A stretch of 64,000 nt of DNA, taken from positions 48,118 through 112,117 of the forward strand of contig CAXUCL010000001.1 of assembly GCA_964249395.1 (NCBI GenBank). Reading direction: 5' to 3'. Below are positions 43,065 through 53,838 of the stretch, in pieces. Below the pieces are notes generated by a model. It saw only the letters and a program-made list of their open reading frames with translations, did no database searches and was not told the origin of the DNA. Source of the stretch: an uncultured Rhizobiaceae bacterium. GTDB taxonomy: Bacteria > Pseudomonadota > Alphaproteobacteria > Rhizobiales > Rhizobiaceae. Positions within the stretch are counted from its first letter, which is position 1. Every line of letters begins with the position of its first letter. The position numbers and the translations under genes were made by a program.

Positions 43065-44290
43065 GCATCAAGACGATCGACGCTCCGAGCGGAGCCGTGG
43101 CCGGCGGTGCCGCGAGCCTCGACTATTTCAAGAGCCACCTGCGCGAATACGGCATGCTCGTCGCGCTGGTCGCGATCATCGTCTTCTTCGCCGTTTATTC
43201 GGCGGCGACCGGTCGCCCGACCTTCGTTTCCGCCTCGAACCTGACGAACCTGTTCCTCCAGAACAGCTACGTGATCATCATGGCGATCGGCATGCTGCTG
43301 ATCATCATCACCGGCCACATCGATCTGTCCGTCGGCTCGCTCGTCGGCTTCGTGGGTGCGGTCGGCGCGGTGCTGATGGTGCTCTACGGCATACCGGTGC
43401 CGATCGCCTGCGTGCTCTGTTTGCTGCTCGGGGCCGGCATCGGGGCGGTTCAAGGCTATTTCGTCGCCTTCCTGCGCATTCCGTCCTTCATCGTGACGCT
43501 GGCCGGCATGCTGGTGTTCCGCGGCTTGACCTTCATGACGCTCGGCTCCTCGTCCTCGATCTCGCCGATCCCGCCGTCGCTCCGCGCCCTTTCGACCGGC
43601 ACGATCCCGAACTACCTGCCGAACCTTGGCGGCATGGCGAACTCGACGACGATGGTGCTCGCGGTGCTGATCGCGGTCGGCTTCGCGGTGTTCGCGTTCG
43701 GCAAGCGCGCCAAGAAGGCCCGCGTGTCGACCGTCGGCGAGCCGCAGTCCTTTTTCTACGGCCGCGTCGCGCTCGTGACCGTCGCGATCCTCTACATCGG
43801 CTACCTGCTGGCCAGCAATCGCGGCCTGCCGAACGTCCTGATCCTGATGGCGATCCTGATCGCGATCTACGCCTTCGTCACGACCCGCACCACGATCGGC
43901 CGGCGCGTCTACGCGGTCGGCGGCAACGAGAAGGCGGCCAAGCTGTCCGGCGTGAAGACCGAGCGCATCGTCTTCCTGGCTTTCGTCAACATGGGCGTCC
44001 TGGCCGCCATCGCCGGCCTGGTGTTCTTCGCCCGCGTCGGTAGCGCGACGGCCAAGAACGGCAGCGGCCTGGAGCTCGACGTCATCGCCGCCTGCTTCAT
44101 CGGCGGCGCGTCCGCCTATGGAGGCGTCGGCAAGGTGACGGGCGCGGTGATCGGCGCCTTCATCATGGGCGTCCTGAACATGGGGATGCAGAGCGCCATG
44201 CAGCTCAGCATCGACTACCAGCAGCTCGTGAAGGGTCTGGTGCTGCTCGCCGCCGTCTGCTTCGACGTCTACAATCGCAACAAGGCTTGA
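43061..44290 (+). CDS. mmsB: Multiple-monosaccharide ABC transporter permease (MmsB/GguB)
   Basis: [50 protein letters not shown]. Confidence 0.93.
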   Translation: MSIKTIDAPSGAVAGGAASLDYFKSHLREYGMLVALVAIIVFFAVYSAATGRPTFVSASNLTNLFLQNSYVIIMAIGMLLIIITGHIDLSVGSLVGFVGAVGAVLMVLYGIPVPIACVLCLLLGAGIGAVQGYFVAFLRIPSFIVTLAGMLVFRGLTFMTLGSSSSISPIPPSLRALSTGTIPNYLPNLGGMANSTTMVLAVLIAVGFAVFAFGKRAKKARVSTVGEPQSFFYGRVALVTVAILYIGYLLASNRGLPNVLILMAILIAIYAFVTTRTTIGRRVYAVGGNEKAAKLSGVKTERIVFLAFVNMGVLAAIAGLVFFARVGSATAKNGSGLELDVIAACFIGGASAYGGVGKVTGAVIGAFIMGVLNMGMQSAMQLSIDYQQLVKGLVLLAAVCFDVYNRNKA

Positions 44291-44361
44291 GGCTTCCGAC
44301 TTCCACTCTCAGCATATGGCGAGCTCCGTGAACCCGCTCCCTCTTCACGGATGGAGCGGGT

Positions 44362-45138
44362 TCAACTTGCCGGGCCAGGCGTTTCCACCACTTCGGTCTC
44401 CTCCGGCTCGACCATGCCGCGGTCCTCGAGCCAGCGGGCGATGAGCCACCACAGCAGCGCCCAGGCGACGCCGACCGCCCAGCCGGCCGCGACGTCGCTC
44501 GGCCAATGGACGCCGAGATAGACCCGGCTGACGCCGACGAGCACGGTGACAAGCGCCGCGAACGACAGGATGTAGATCTTCATCCGACGCTTCGGCTGCA
44601 CGCGGGCGATGAGCGCCGCAAGCGTCAGGAAGGTGATCGCCGCGGCCATCGAATGACCGCTCGGGAAGCTGGTCGAATAGACGATCGAGCCATGGGGCAC
44701 GAGGTCGGGGCGCGCGCGGTCGAAGCTGTATTTCAGCGCGGCGGACAGCGCCCGGCCGCTCAGCGTCGCCGCCAGCACCAGGAACAGCGAGCGGTAGTTG
44801 CCCTGCAAGTAGAGGAAGCCGGCGACGGCGACCGTCAGGATCGTGATGACGCCGAGGCCGCCGAGAGCGGTGAAGTCGCGCATCATCTCCTCGAACCAGC
44901 CCGGGCCGACGGCGTTCAGCGGGTCGGCCGGATCGCGCAGCAGCAGCAGCAGCCGCTCGTCGAGCGCCTGCGTTTCGCCGCCGGCGACGTTGGTGGCCAG
45001 CAGCGCGAAGACGCTGACGGCGGCGGCTGCCAGGAACCAGAGCACGAGCGTGCCGGTCGCGACGCGCGGCCGTTTCAGCCAACGCCTGGCGCCGCGCCGC
45101 GCGACGAGTCCTCCCACCCGGATCGCCCTCAGTTTCAT
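44362..45138 (-). CDS. PAP2 family membrane phosphatase
   Basis: K..FDRARP, SFPSGHS and SRVYLGVHWPSDV motifs. Confidence 0.92.
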   Translation of the reverse strand: MKLRAIRVGGLVARRGARRWLKRPRVATGTLVLWFLAAAAVSVFALLATNVAGGETQALDERLLLLLRDPADPLNAVGPGWFEEMMRDFTALGGLGVITILTVAVAGFLYLQGNYRSLFLVLAATLSGRALSAALKYSFDRARPDLVPHGSIVYSTSFPSGHSMAAAITFLTLAALIARVQPKRRMKIYILSFAALVTVLVGVSRVYLGVHWPSDVAAGWAVGVAWALLWWLIARWLEDRGMVEPEETEVVETPGPAS

Positions 45139-45165
45139 TCGACCTCGTCCATCTTCCGATCGATC

Positions 45166-45183
45166 AACCTAGTGCGCTAGGTT
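45166..45183. promoter_or_regulatory. Palindrome with perfect 7-bp arms between divergent PAP2 and pncA genes
   Basis: AACCTAG-TGCG-CTAGGTT. Confidence 0.4.
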
Positions 45184-45226
45184 TTGAACGCCGCGTCTGG
45201 GGGCGGCTCGATCGAGAGGAATCGGC

Positions 45227-45847
45227 ATGAACGACGAGATCGGACCGCGCGACGCGCTGCTCGTGGTGGACGTTCAGAACGACTTCTGCCCCGGCGGTGC
45301 GCTCGCCGTGGCGGATGGCGACGCGGTCGTTGCGGTGCTGAACGGCCTGATGCCGCGCTTTCCGGTCGTGGTCTTCACGCAGGATTGGCACCCATCCGGT
45401 CACGTGTCCTTCGCCTCCGCGCACGACAGCCCGCCGTTCGCGACGATCGCGTTGCCCTACGGGGCGCAGGTGCTCTGGCCGGACCACTGCGTCCAGGGAA
45501 CGTCCGGCGCCGAGTTCCATCCCGCCCTCGATGTGCGGCAGGCGCAGATGATCGTCCGCAAAGGCTTCCATTCCGACGTCGACAGCTATTCGGGTTTCAA
45601 GGAAGCCGACCGGCGAACGGAGACCGGCCTGAGCGGATACCTGCGCAGCCGAAGCGTCGAACGCGTGTTCGTGGCTGGCTTGGCGACCGACTTCTGCGTC
45701 GCCTGGACGGCGCTCGACGCGCGAGCGTCCGGGTTCGACGTCGCGTGCGTCACCAGCGCCTGCCGGGCGATCGATCTCGACGGTTCGCTGGAGCGTGCCG
45801 AGGCCGGGATGCGGGCCGCCGGCGTTTCGGTCGTCGCTACGGTGTGA
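45227..45847 (+). CDS. pncA: Nicotinamidase/pyrazinamidase
   Basis: VVDVQNDFCPGGALAV, TQDWHP..H.SF, LWPDHCVQG, RKG....DSYS.F, GLATDFCV. Confidence 0.95.
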   Translation: MNDEIGPRDALLVVDVQNDFCPGGALAVADGDAVVAVLNGLMPRFPVVVFTQDWHPSGHVSFASAHDSPPFATIALPYGAQVLWPDHCVQGTSGAEFHPALDVRQAQMIVRKGFHSDVDSYSGFKEADRRTETGLSGYLRSRSVERVFVAGLATDFCVAWTALDARASGFDVACVTSACRAIDLDGSLERAEAGMRAAGVSVVATV

Positions 45848-46035
45848 ACGGGCGACCAAACGAGCCTGGCTTGACTGGAGGAAAGGCTTCGGCGACGCTG
45901 GCGGTCGGGAGAAGACGGCCGAACGATCCGTTTCACCGGCGGACCACGTTCGGCTGCCGGACGAAGGACGGCCGGAACGGCCGAAACGGTTCCTTGCGCC
46001 GTTCGAGAAGGCGTGCGGAACGGGAGGAGCGAACG

Positions 46036-47304
46036 ATGATGCTGCATCGACTTGCGGCCGCCATGCTTTTGAGCGGCGTCGGTTTTCTCACGCTCGGCCG
46101 AGCTGGAGCCGAAGAGATCGCCGTCGCGTCCGGCTCCAACGGCACCGACATCCAGGAGCTGACCGAGGCCGGCAAGCGCTTTGGAGAGAAGACCGGCCAC
46201 TCGATCAAGATCGTCACGCTGCCGGCGTCCTCGACGGACCAGTTCGGCCAGTACCGGCTGTGGCTCGCGTCGGGGAACGCCGACATCGACGTCTACCGGA
46301 CGGACGTGATCTGGGCGCCCCAGCTCGCCGACTACTTCGTCGACCTCAAGCCCGTCATGGGAGAGGAGCTCGCGAAGCACATCCCTGCGGTGATCGAGAG
46401 CCAGACGGTGGACGGCAAGGTCGTCGCCATGCCGACCTTCGCGGACGCGCCGGGCCTCTACTACCGCAAGGACCTCCTCGAGAAATACGGCAAGCAGCCA
46501 CCTAAAACGTGGACAGAGCTGACCGAAACCGCCAAGGAGGTGCAGGACAAGGAGCGCGCGGCGGGGATGAGCGGCCTCTTTGGCTTCGTCTTCCAGGGCG
46601 CGCCCTACGAAGGCCTGACCTGCGACGCGCTGGAATGGGTGGCGTCGTCCGGCGGCGGCAGGATCGTCGAGCCGGACGGCACGATCTCGATCAACAACCC
46701 GAAAGCGGTCGCCGCGCTGGAAACGGCGAAGGGCTGGGTCAATACGATCTCACCGCCGGGCGTCCTGTCCTACAAGGAGGAGGAGGCGCGCGGCGTCTGG
46801 CAGACCGGCAACGCCGTGTTCATGCGCAACTGGCCCTACGCCTTCGCGCTCGGGCAGAGCGGCGACAGCGTCATCAAGGACAAGTTCGACGTCGTGCCGC
46901 TGCCAGCGGGTGAAGGTGGCTCCTCGGCCGCGTCGCTCGGCGGTTGGAACATCGCGATCTCCAAATTCTCGACCAAGCAGGAGGTGGCCGCCGAGTTCGT
47001 GCGCTTCTGGTCGTCCGCGGAGGAGCAGAAGCTTCGCGCGCTGAACTATTCCCGCCTGCCGACGATCCCGGCGCTCTACGACGACCCGGAGATCAAGGAG
47101 AAGCAGCCGCTCGTCGTCCGGTGGCGCGAGGTGTTCCTCGGCGCGGTGCCGCGCCCGTCCGCACCGACGAAGGCGAAATACAACGAGGTCTCCAGCGAGT
47201 TCTGGACCGCGGTCAACAATACGATGGCCGGTAACGGCACCGCCGAATCGAACCTCAAGCGGCTCGAAGCCCGTTTGAAGCGCTTGAAGGGACGGGCCTG
47301 GTAA
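46036..47304 (+). CDS. Sugar (trehalose/maltose/alpha-glucoside type) ABC transporter binding protein
   Basis: Signal peptide; DVIWAPQLA, LYYRKDLL.KY, YEGLTC.ALEW, FMRNWPYA, LGGW; RBS GGAGG. Confidence 0.88.
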   Translation: MMLHRLAAAMLLSGVGFLTLGRAGAEEIAVASGSNGTDIQELTEAGKRFGEKTGHSIKIVTLPASSTDQFGQYRLWLASGNADIDVYRTDVIWAPQLADYFVDLKPVMGEELAKHIPAVIESQTVDGKVVAMPTFADAPGLYYRKDLLEKYGKQPPKTWTELTETAKEVQDKERAAGMSGLFGFVFQGAPYEGLTCDALEWVASSGGGRIVEPDGTISINNPKAVAALETAKGWVNTISPPGVLSYKEEEARGVWQTGNAVFMRNWPYAFALGQSGDSVIKDKFDVVPLPAGEGGSSAASLGGWNIAISKFSTKQEVAAEFVRFWSSAEEQKLRALNYSRLPTIPALYDDPEIKEKQPLVVRWREVFLGAVPRPSAPTKAKYNEVSSEFWTAVNNTMAGNGTAESNLKRLEARLKRLKGRAW

Positions 47305-47328
47305 GACGGTCGGGAGGCCGGGACGCGG

Positions 47329-48332
47329 ATGGCTCTCACGTCGGCGGACACATCGACGAATGCGCCTCGCGCGACGGGGCGCGATACGGTCGGCGGAGCG
47401 ACCGTCCGCTCCGAAGTGCGGGCCCAACGCATCCGCTCCGCGTGGCTGTTCCTGTTGCCGATGCTGCTGGTTCTCGCCGCCGCCGCCGGCTGGCCGCTCG
47501 TCCGCACCGTCTGGTTCTCGTTCACCGACGCCAAGCTCTCGTCGCTCGGCGACGCCGCCTTCGTCGGGATCGCGAACTACCTGGAATACGTCGACTACGG
47601 CGACGGCACGGGCGAGTATTTCGGGCTTTTGGCCGAGCCCGGCTGGTGGCAGGCCGTTTGGAACACCGTTTATTTCACCCTCGTCTCGGTTTCGCTGGAG
47701 ACCGTGTTCGGCCTCGTCATCGCGTTGGTCCTGAACGCCGAGTTCCGCGGCCGGGCGATCGTGCGCGCGGCGGTGCTGGTTCCGTGGGCGATCCCGACCG
47801 TCGTTTCCGCCAAGATGTGGGCCTGGATGATGAACGACCAGTTCGGCATCCTCAACGACATGCTGCTGCGCCTCGGCCTGATCGCGGCGCCGATCGCTTG
47901 GACGGCGAGCCCGGACACGGCCATGTGGGCTGTCATCATCGTCGACGTCTGGAAAACGACGCCGTTCATGGCGCTGCTGATCCTCGCCGGCCTGCAGATG
48001 GTGCCGAGCGACGTCTACGAGGCGACGAAGATCGACGGCATCCATCCCCTCAAGGTGTTCTGGCGCGTGACGCTGCCGCTCATTCGCCCGGCGCTGATGG
48101 TCGCGATCATCTTCCGAGCGCTCGACTCCCTGCGCGTCTTCGACCTCATCTACGTGCTGACGCCCGCCAACGACCAGACGAAGACCATGTCTGTCTTCGC
48201 GCAGGAGAACCTCTTCCAGTTCGACCAGTTCGCCTACGGCTCGGCCGCCTCGACGCTGCTGTTCCTGACGATCGCGCTCATCACCATCGCCTACATCAAG
48301 CTCGGGCGGCTCGACCTCGGCGGGGAAGGGCG

Positions 48333-48336
<4 letters not shown>
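47329..48336 (+). CDS. Carbohydrate ABC transporter permease (MalF-like)
   Basis: LVPWAIPTVVSA, DVWKTTPFMALLILAGLQ, EAA-like loop YEATKIDG. Confidence 0.92.
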
Positions 48337-49166
<830 letters not shown>

Positions 49167-49170
49167 GCGC

Positions 49171-50277
49171 GTGGCCGATCTGAAGCTCGCGAACGTCAGA
49201 AAGACCTTCGGTTCCGTCGAGGTCGTCAAGGGGGTCGATCTCGACATCCGGGCCGGCGAGTTCGTCGTCTTCGTCGGACCGTCCGGATGCGGGAAGTCGA
49301 CGCTGTTGCGGTTGATCGCGGGGCTGGAGGAAATCTCGTCCGGCACGTTCACCATCGACGGCCAGATCGTGAACGGTCAGCCGCCGGCGCGTCGCGGCAT
49401 CGCCATGGTGTTCCAGTCCTACGCGCTCTACCCGCATATGACGGTCTACGAGAACATGGCCTTCGGCATGAAGCTCGCGAAGGCGGACAAGGGCGAGGTC
49501 GAACGGCGCGTGCGGCGCGCCGCCGAGATGCTGCAGCTCACGACCTATCTCGACCGCCTGCCGAAGCAGCTCTCCGGCGGGCAGCGTCAGCGCGTCGCCA
49601 TCGGTCGGGCGATCACGCGCGACCCGAAGGTGTTCCTGTTCGACGAGCCGTTGTCGAATCTCGACGCGGCGTTGCGCGTCGCGACGCGCATCGAGATCGC
49701 CAAGCTGCACGAGACCATGCCCACCACGACCATGATCTACGTGACGCACGACCAGGTCGAGGCCATGACGCTCGCCGACCGCATCGTGGTGCTGAACGCT
49801 GGGCGCGTCGAGCAGGTCGGCTCGCCGATGCAGCTCTACCACAACCCCGACAACCTGTTCGTCGCGGGCTTCATCGGCTCGCCGGCAATGAACTTCGTCG
49901 ATGCCCGCGTCGCGACGGACGGCGGCGTCGAGTTCAGCGACGGCAGGCGCGTTTCGGCCGAGGTCGGCCTCCCATCCGGCGCCGCGCGCGGCGCTGCCCT
50001 GAAGCTCGGCGTCCGGCCGGAAAGTCTGTTCGAGGCGGGCGCGGGAACGCCGGCACTGTTCGCCGGAACGGTCGCCCTCATCGAAAGCCTCGGCGAGGTG
50101 ACGCTCGCCTACGTCGACATCGGCGGTCGCGAGCCGATCGTCGCCAAGCTTGCCGGCGACAGCCGCCTGCAACGCGGCGAGTCCGTTGCGCTCGGCGCCG
50201 ATCCGCGAGACCTGCATCTGTTCGACGAGAGCGGCCGAGCGATCCGTCGTCGCGAGGTGCACGACAAGGTGACCTGA
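49171..50277 (+). CDS. Carbohydrate ABC transporter ATPase (MalK/UgpC-like)
   Basis: [51 protein letters not shown]; C-terminal TOBE domain. Confidence 0.94.
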   Translation: MADLKLANVRKTFGSVEVVKGVDLDIRAGEFVVFVGPSGCGKSTLLRLIAGLEEISSGTFTIDGQIVNGQPPARRGIAMVFQSYALYPHMTVYENMAFGMKLAKADKGEVERRVRRAAEMLQLTTYLDRLPKQLSGGQRQRVAIGRAITRDPKVFLFDEPLSNLDAALRVATRIEIAKLHETMPTTTMIYVTHDQVEAMTLADRIVVLNAGRVEQVGSPMQLYHNPDNLFVAGFIGSPAMNFVDARVATDGGVEFSDGRRVSAEVGLPSGAARGAALKLGVRPESLFEAGAGTPALFAGTVALIESLGEVTLAYVDIGGREPIVAKLAGDSRLQRGESVALGADPRDLHLFDESGRAIRRREVHDKVT

Positions 50278-50308
50278 CCGAAGCGCCGGATCGAAGCCCG
50301 GCCCGCGG

Positions 50309-51526
50309 TCACATGAAGGCCGACAGGCCCGTCTGCGACTTGCCGAGAATCAGCGCATGGACGTCGTGCGTGCCCTCGTAGGTGTTCACCGTTTCGAGGT
50401 TCTGGCTGTGGCGCATGACGTGATACTCGCCCATGATGCCGTTGCCGCCGTGCATGTCGCGGGCGATGCGCGCGGCGTCCAACGCCTTGCCGCAGTTGTT
50501 CCGCTTGACCAGGCTGATCATCTCCGGCGCGGCGCGCCCCTCGTCCATCAACCGGCCGACCCGCAGCGAAGCCTGCAGGCCGAGCGCGATCTCGGTCTGC
50601 ATGTCGGCGAGCTTCTTCTGGACAAGCTGCGTCGCACCGAGCGGCCGGCCGAACTGCTTGCGCTCCATCACGTAGGCGAGCGAGCGCTTCCAGCAATCCT
50701 CGGCCGCGCCCATGACGCCCCAGGAAATGCCGTAGCGCGCCCGGTTCAAGCAGCCGAACGGCCCTTTCAGGCCGTGGACGTTCGGCAGCAGGTTCTCCTC
50801 CGGCACGACGACGCCGTCCATGACGATCTCGCCGGTGACGGAGGTGCGCAAGCTGAGCTTGCCGCCGATCTTCGGCGCGGACAGGCCGCTCATGCCCTTC
50901 TCGAGCACGAAGCCGCGGATCTGGTCGTCGTGCGCCGCCGACTTCGCCCAAACCACGATGACGTCGGCGATCGGTGCGTTCGAGATCCACATCTTGGCGC
51001 CGGACAGCCGGTAGCCGTCCGAGACCCGCTCGGCGCGCGTCTTCATGCCGCCGGGGTCCGAGCCGGCGTCCGGTTCCGTCAGCCCGAAGCAGCCGATCCA
51101 TTCGCCGCTCGCCAGCTTCGGCAGGAACTTCCGGCGCTGCGTCTCGTCGCCGTAGGCGTAGATCGGATACATCACGAGCGAGGACTGGACGCTCATCATC
51201 GAACGGTAGCCGGAGTCGACCGCCTCCACCGCACGGGCGACGAGGCCGTAGGCGACGTAGGACGCGCCGGCGCAGCCGTAGTCCTCCGGCAGGGAGACCC
51301 CCAGCAGTCCACGTTCGCCCATCTCCCGGAAGATCGACGGATCGACCGTTTCGTCGGCATAGGCGGCCACGACGCGCGGCCGCAACCGATCCTCCGCGAA
51401 GGCGGAAGCCGCGTCACGGATCAGCCGCTCGTCTTCCGTCAACTGGTCATCGAGCAAGAATGGGTCGGCCCAATCGAAGGTCGCGCGAGGCGAAGGTGCC
51501 GAACGGGGCGCGTGCGCAAGGCTCAT
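50309..51526 (-). CDS. gcdH: Glutaryl-CoA dehydrogenase (acyl-CoA dehydrogenase)
   Basis: [59 protein letters not shown]. Confidence 0.9.
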   Translation of the reverse strand: MSLAHAPRSAPSPRATFDWADPFLLDDQLTEDERLIRDAASAFAEDRLRPRVVAAYADETVDPSIFREMGERGLLGVSLPEDYGCAGASYVAYGLVARAVEAVDSGYRSMMSVQSSLVMYPIYAYGDETQRRKFLPKLASGEWIGCFGLTEPDAGSDPGGMKTRAERVSDGYRLSGAKMWISNAPIADVIVVWAKSAAHDDQIRGFVLEKGMSGLSAPKIGGKLSLRTSVTGEIVMDGVVVPEENLLPNVHGLKGPFGCLNRARYGISWGVMGAAEDCWKRSLAYVMERKQFGRPLGATQLVQKKLADMQTEIALGLQASLRVGRLMDEGRAAPEMISLVKRNNCGKALDAARIARDMHGGNGIMGEYHVMRHSQNLETVNTYEGTHDVHALILGKSQTGLSAFM

Positions 51527-51741
51527 GACGAAGCTCCGTGAATGGCCGGACTATAGGCCGGGGAGCCGGCAACGTCCAACGGACCGGGTGGCCGTGCGTT
51601 GGGCTTGTGCGAGCGTCAGGGCGTCACCGGACCCGATCTTCCAAGGCCGGCTTCAGAGATTCACCGGCTTCCTTTCGCCGAAGCCTGCTGCGTCGGCAAT
51701 CGGGCCAGGACGCGGCGCCTTTGCGTTGGCAGCGCGAGGCG

Positions 51742-53388
51742 TCAGCGGCTCGTCGAGAGTGCTTGTCGGTCGATCTTGATCCAGCGGTAGCCGAAAGGTT
51801 TGAGTGCGAGGGCGCAACGGCCGGACTGGTCGCACCGAAGCTCGTCGGCCGAAGTCAGCAAGTCGCGCCCCACGGCATCGCCGGCGAGCGCCTTGCCGAG
51901 CTGGACCGTGACCGGACCATCGGCGAGGTTGTGGACGGTCAGCACCTCGCCGCCGCGCCATTCGGCCGAGAGTATCAGCACGGCCTTGTCGCCCGTTTCG
52001 ACAACCGTCGCGCGGCCCCAGCCGATCTCGGGGCAGGCCCGCCGGGCACGGATGAGTTTCTGCAACTTGGCGTAAAGCGAATCCGGGTCGACATGCTGCG
52101 CTTCCGCGTTCACGGCACCCGCGGCGAACGCCGTATCGACGACCGGCGCGCGAACCCAATCCTCTAACGGAGCGGTCGAGAAGCCGCCGCCGTTCCGCGC
52201 GTTCCACTGCATCGGCGTGCGCACCGGATGGCGTTCGGGGAGGTCCAGGTTCTCGCCCATGCCGATTTCGTCGCCATACCAAAGGACCGGCGTGCCGGGC
52301 AAAGCGAGCATCAGACTGAACGCCATCGCCAGGCGCCTCTTGTCGCCGCCTAGCATCGGCGCGAGACGCCGGCGCAGGCCGCGCTCGTAGAGCTGCATGC
52401 CCTTGTCTGGACCGAACGCTGCGAACACCTCCTCGCGCTCGGCGTCGGACAGGCGGCCGAGATCGAGCTCGTCGTGGTTGCGCAGAAACGTGGCCCATTG
52501 CGCCACGGGCGCGATCGTCGGGAGCTCGGCGAGGAACTTCGCGACCGGCGTCGCGTCCTGGCGCGCGAGCGCCAGGAACAGGTTCTGGTTGAGCGGGAAG
52601 TTGAAGATGACGTGAAGCCGGTCGCCCGTGCCGAAATAGTCGTCGGCCTCCTCCATCAGGATGTTCGCTTCGGCGAGCAGGATCGCGCCGGCCTGCCGCC
52701 ACGACGCGAAGGTCTGCAGCTCCGACAGGTAGCTGTGCGGCTTCCAGCCCGAATGCGCTTCCGACAGGTCCTCCAGCATGAAGGGCACCGCGTCCATGCG
52801 GAAGCCGGACACGCCGAGCTCCAGCCAGAAGCCGATGATGCGCTCGATCTCCTCGCGGACCGCCGGGTTGGCGATGTTCAGGTCGGCCTGGTGCTCGTAG
52901 AAGCGGTGGAAGTAGTATTGCCGCCGCGTCCGGTCGAAGGTCCAGGTGGTCGTCTGAACGCCGGGAAACACGATGCCTTCTTCCGCGTCGGCCGGCTTCT
53001 CCTCGCGCCACAGGTACCAATCCTCGTATTTCGGGTCGCGCTTCCGGCTGGCCTGGAACCAAGGATGGTCGATGGAGGAATGGTTGACGACGAGATCGAC
53101 GAGGACGCGCAGGCCGCGCTCGCGCGCCGCATGCGTGAACTCGACGAAGTCGCCGAGCGTGCCGTATCGGGGGTCGACGCCGTAGTAGTCCGCGACGTCG
53201 TAGCCGTTGTCGCGGTTCGGGCTGGGGTAGAACGGCAGCAGCCAGATGCAGGTCGCGCCGAGCGCTTCGATATGGTCGAGGCGAGAGATGAGGCCGCGAA
53301 AATCGCCGATGCCGTCGCCGTTCGAGTCCTGGAACGTCTCGACGTCCAGGCAGTAGATCACCGCGTTCTTGTACCAGAGATCGATCAT
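51742..53388 (-). CDS. GH13 trehalose synthase (TreS)-like alpha-glucosyltransferase, no maltokinase fusion
   Basis: WYKNAVIY, DSNGDGIGDF.GL, GFRMDAVPF (nucleophile), LAEAN (acid/base), FLRNHDELDL, YGDEIGMG, VRTPMQW. Confidence 0.85.
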   Translation of the reverse strand: MIDLWYKNAVIYCLDVETFQDSNGDGIGDFRGLISRLDHIEALGATCIWLLPFYPSPNRDNGYDVADYYGVDPRYGTLGDFVEFTHAARERGLRVLVDLVVNHSSIDHPWFQASRKRDPKYEDWYLWREEKPADAEEGIVFPGVQTTTWTFDRTRRQYYFHRFYEHQADLNIANPAVREEIERIIGFWLELGVSGFRMDAVPFMLEDLSEAHSGWKPHSYLSELQTFASWRQAGAILLAEANILMEEADDYFGTGDRLHVIFNFPLNQNLFLALARQDATPVAKFLAELPTIAPVAQWATFLRNHDELDLGRLSDAEREEVFAAFGPDKGMQLYERGLRRRLAPMLGGDKRRLAMAFSLMLALPGTPVLWYGDEIGMGENLDLPERHPVRTPMQWNARNGGGFSTAPLEDWVRAPVVDTAFAAGAVNAEAQHVDPDSLYAKLQKLIRARRACPEIGWGRATVVETGDKAVLILSAEWRGGEVLTVHNLADGPVTVQLGKALAGDAVGRDLLTSADELRCDQSGRCALALKPFGYRWIKIDRQALSTSR

Positions 53389-53773
53389 CGCTTCGCCGCT
53401 CGCCTCGGATCGATCGGGGAGATAGGCGGCTAACGGAAGGCGGCTATCGCGGCGGCCGTCCGAACAGCTCGCGCGGTTCGATCTTGGCGGTTTCGAGCGT
53501 CTTGCGGCGTTCGTCGGCGAGGTCGTCGCCGCCGCGGTCGAGCTGGAACGTTGGCATCGACATGGCCGAACGAACCGCGCTCGACTTCCTCCAATCACTC
53601 TTCGGCGGATTTGTTGGACGAAGCCGCAGCGTTCTTCGGACTCTCGGACGTAAAGACGCTTCGCGTCGCATCGAGCGCATCGCTGTCAGTCATCATCTCG
53701 CCGAGCCAGCGGATTCGTCGGCTCGGCCTTCTTGCCCGCCATGCCCGCCGCCTCCATGATCGCACCGATCCGG

Positions 53774-53798
53774 AAAACCGGGGAGGCGTCTTCGTTCC
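53774..53798 (-). promoter_or_regulatory. EcfG/RpoE2-like promoter pointing toward the TreS-like gene
   Basis: Minus strand GGAAC-N16-TTTT, which fits GGAAC-N18-TT. Confidence 0.35.
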
Positions 53799-53838
53799 GG
53801 CTCTCGTCCGGTTCGGACGGCGCAAGCGAAGGCGAAGC

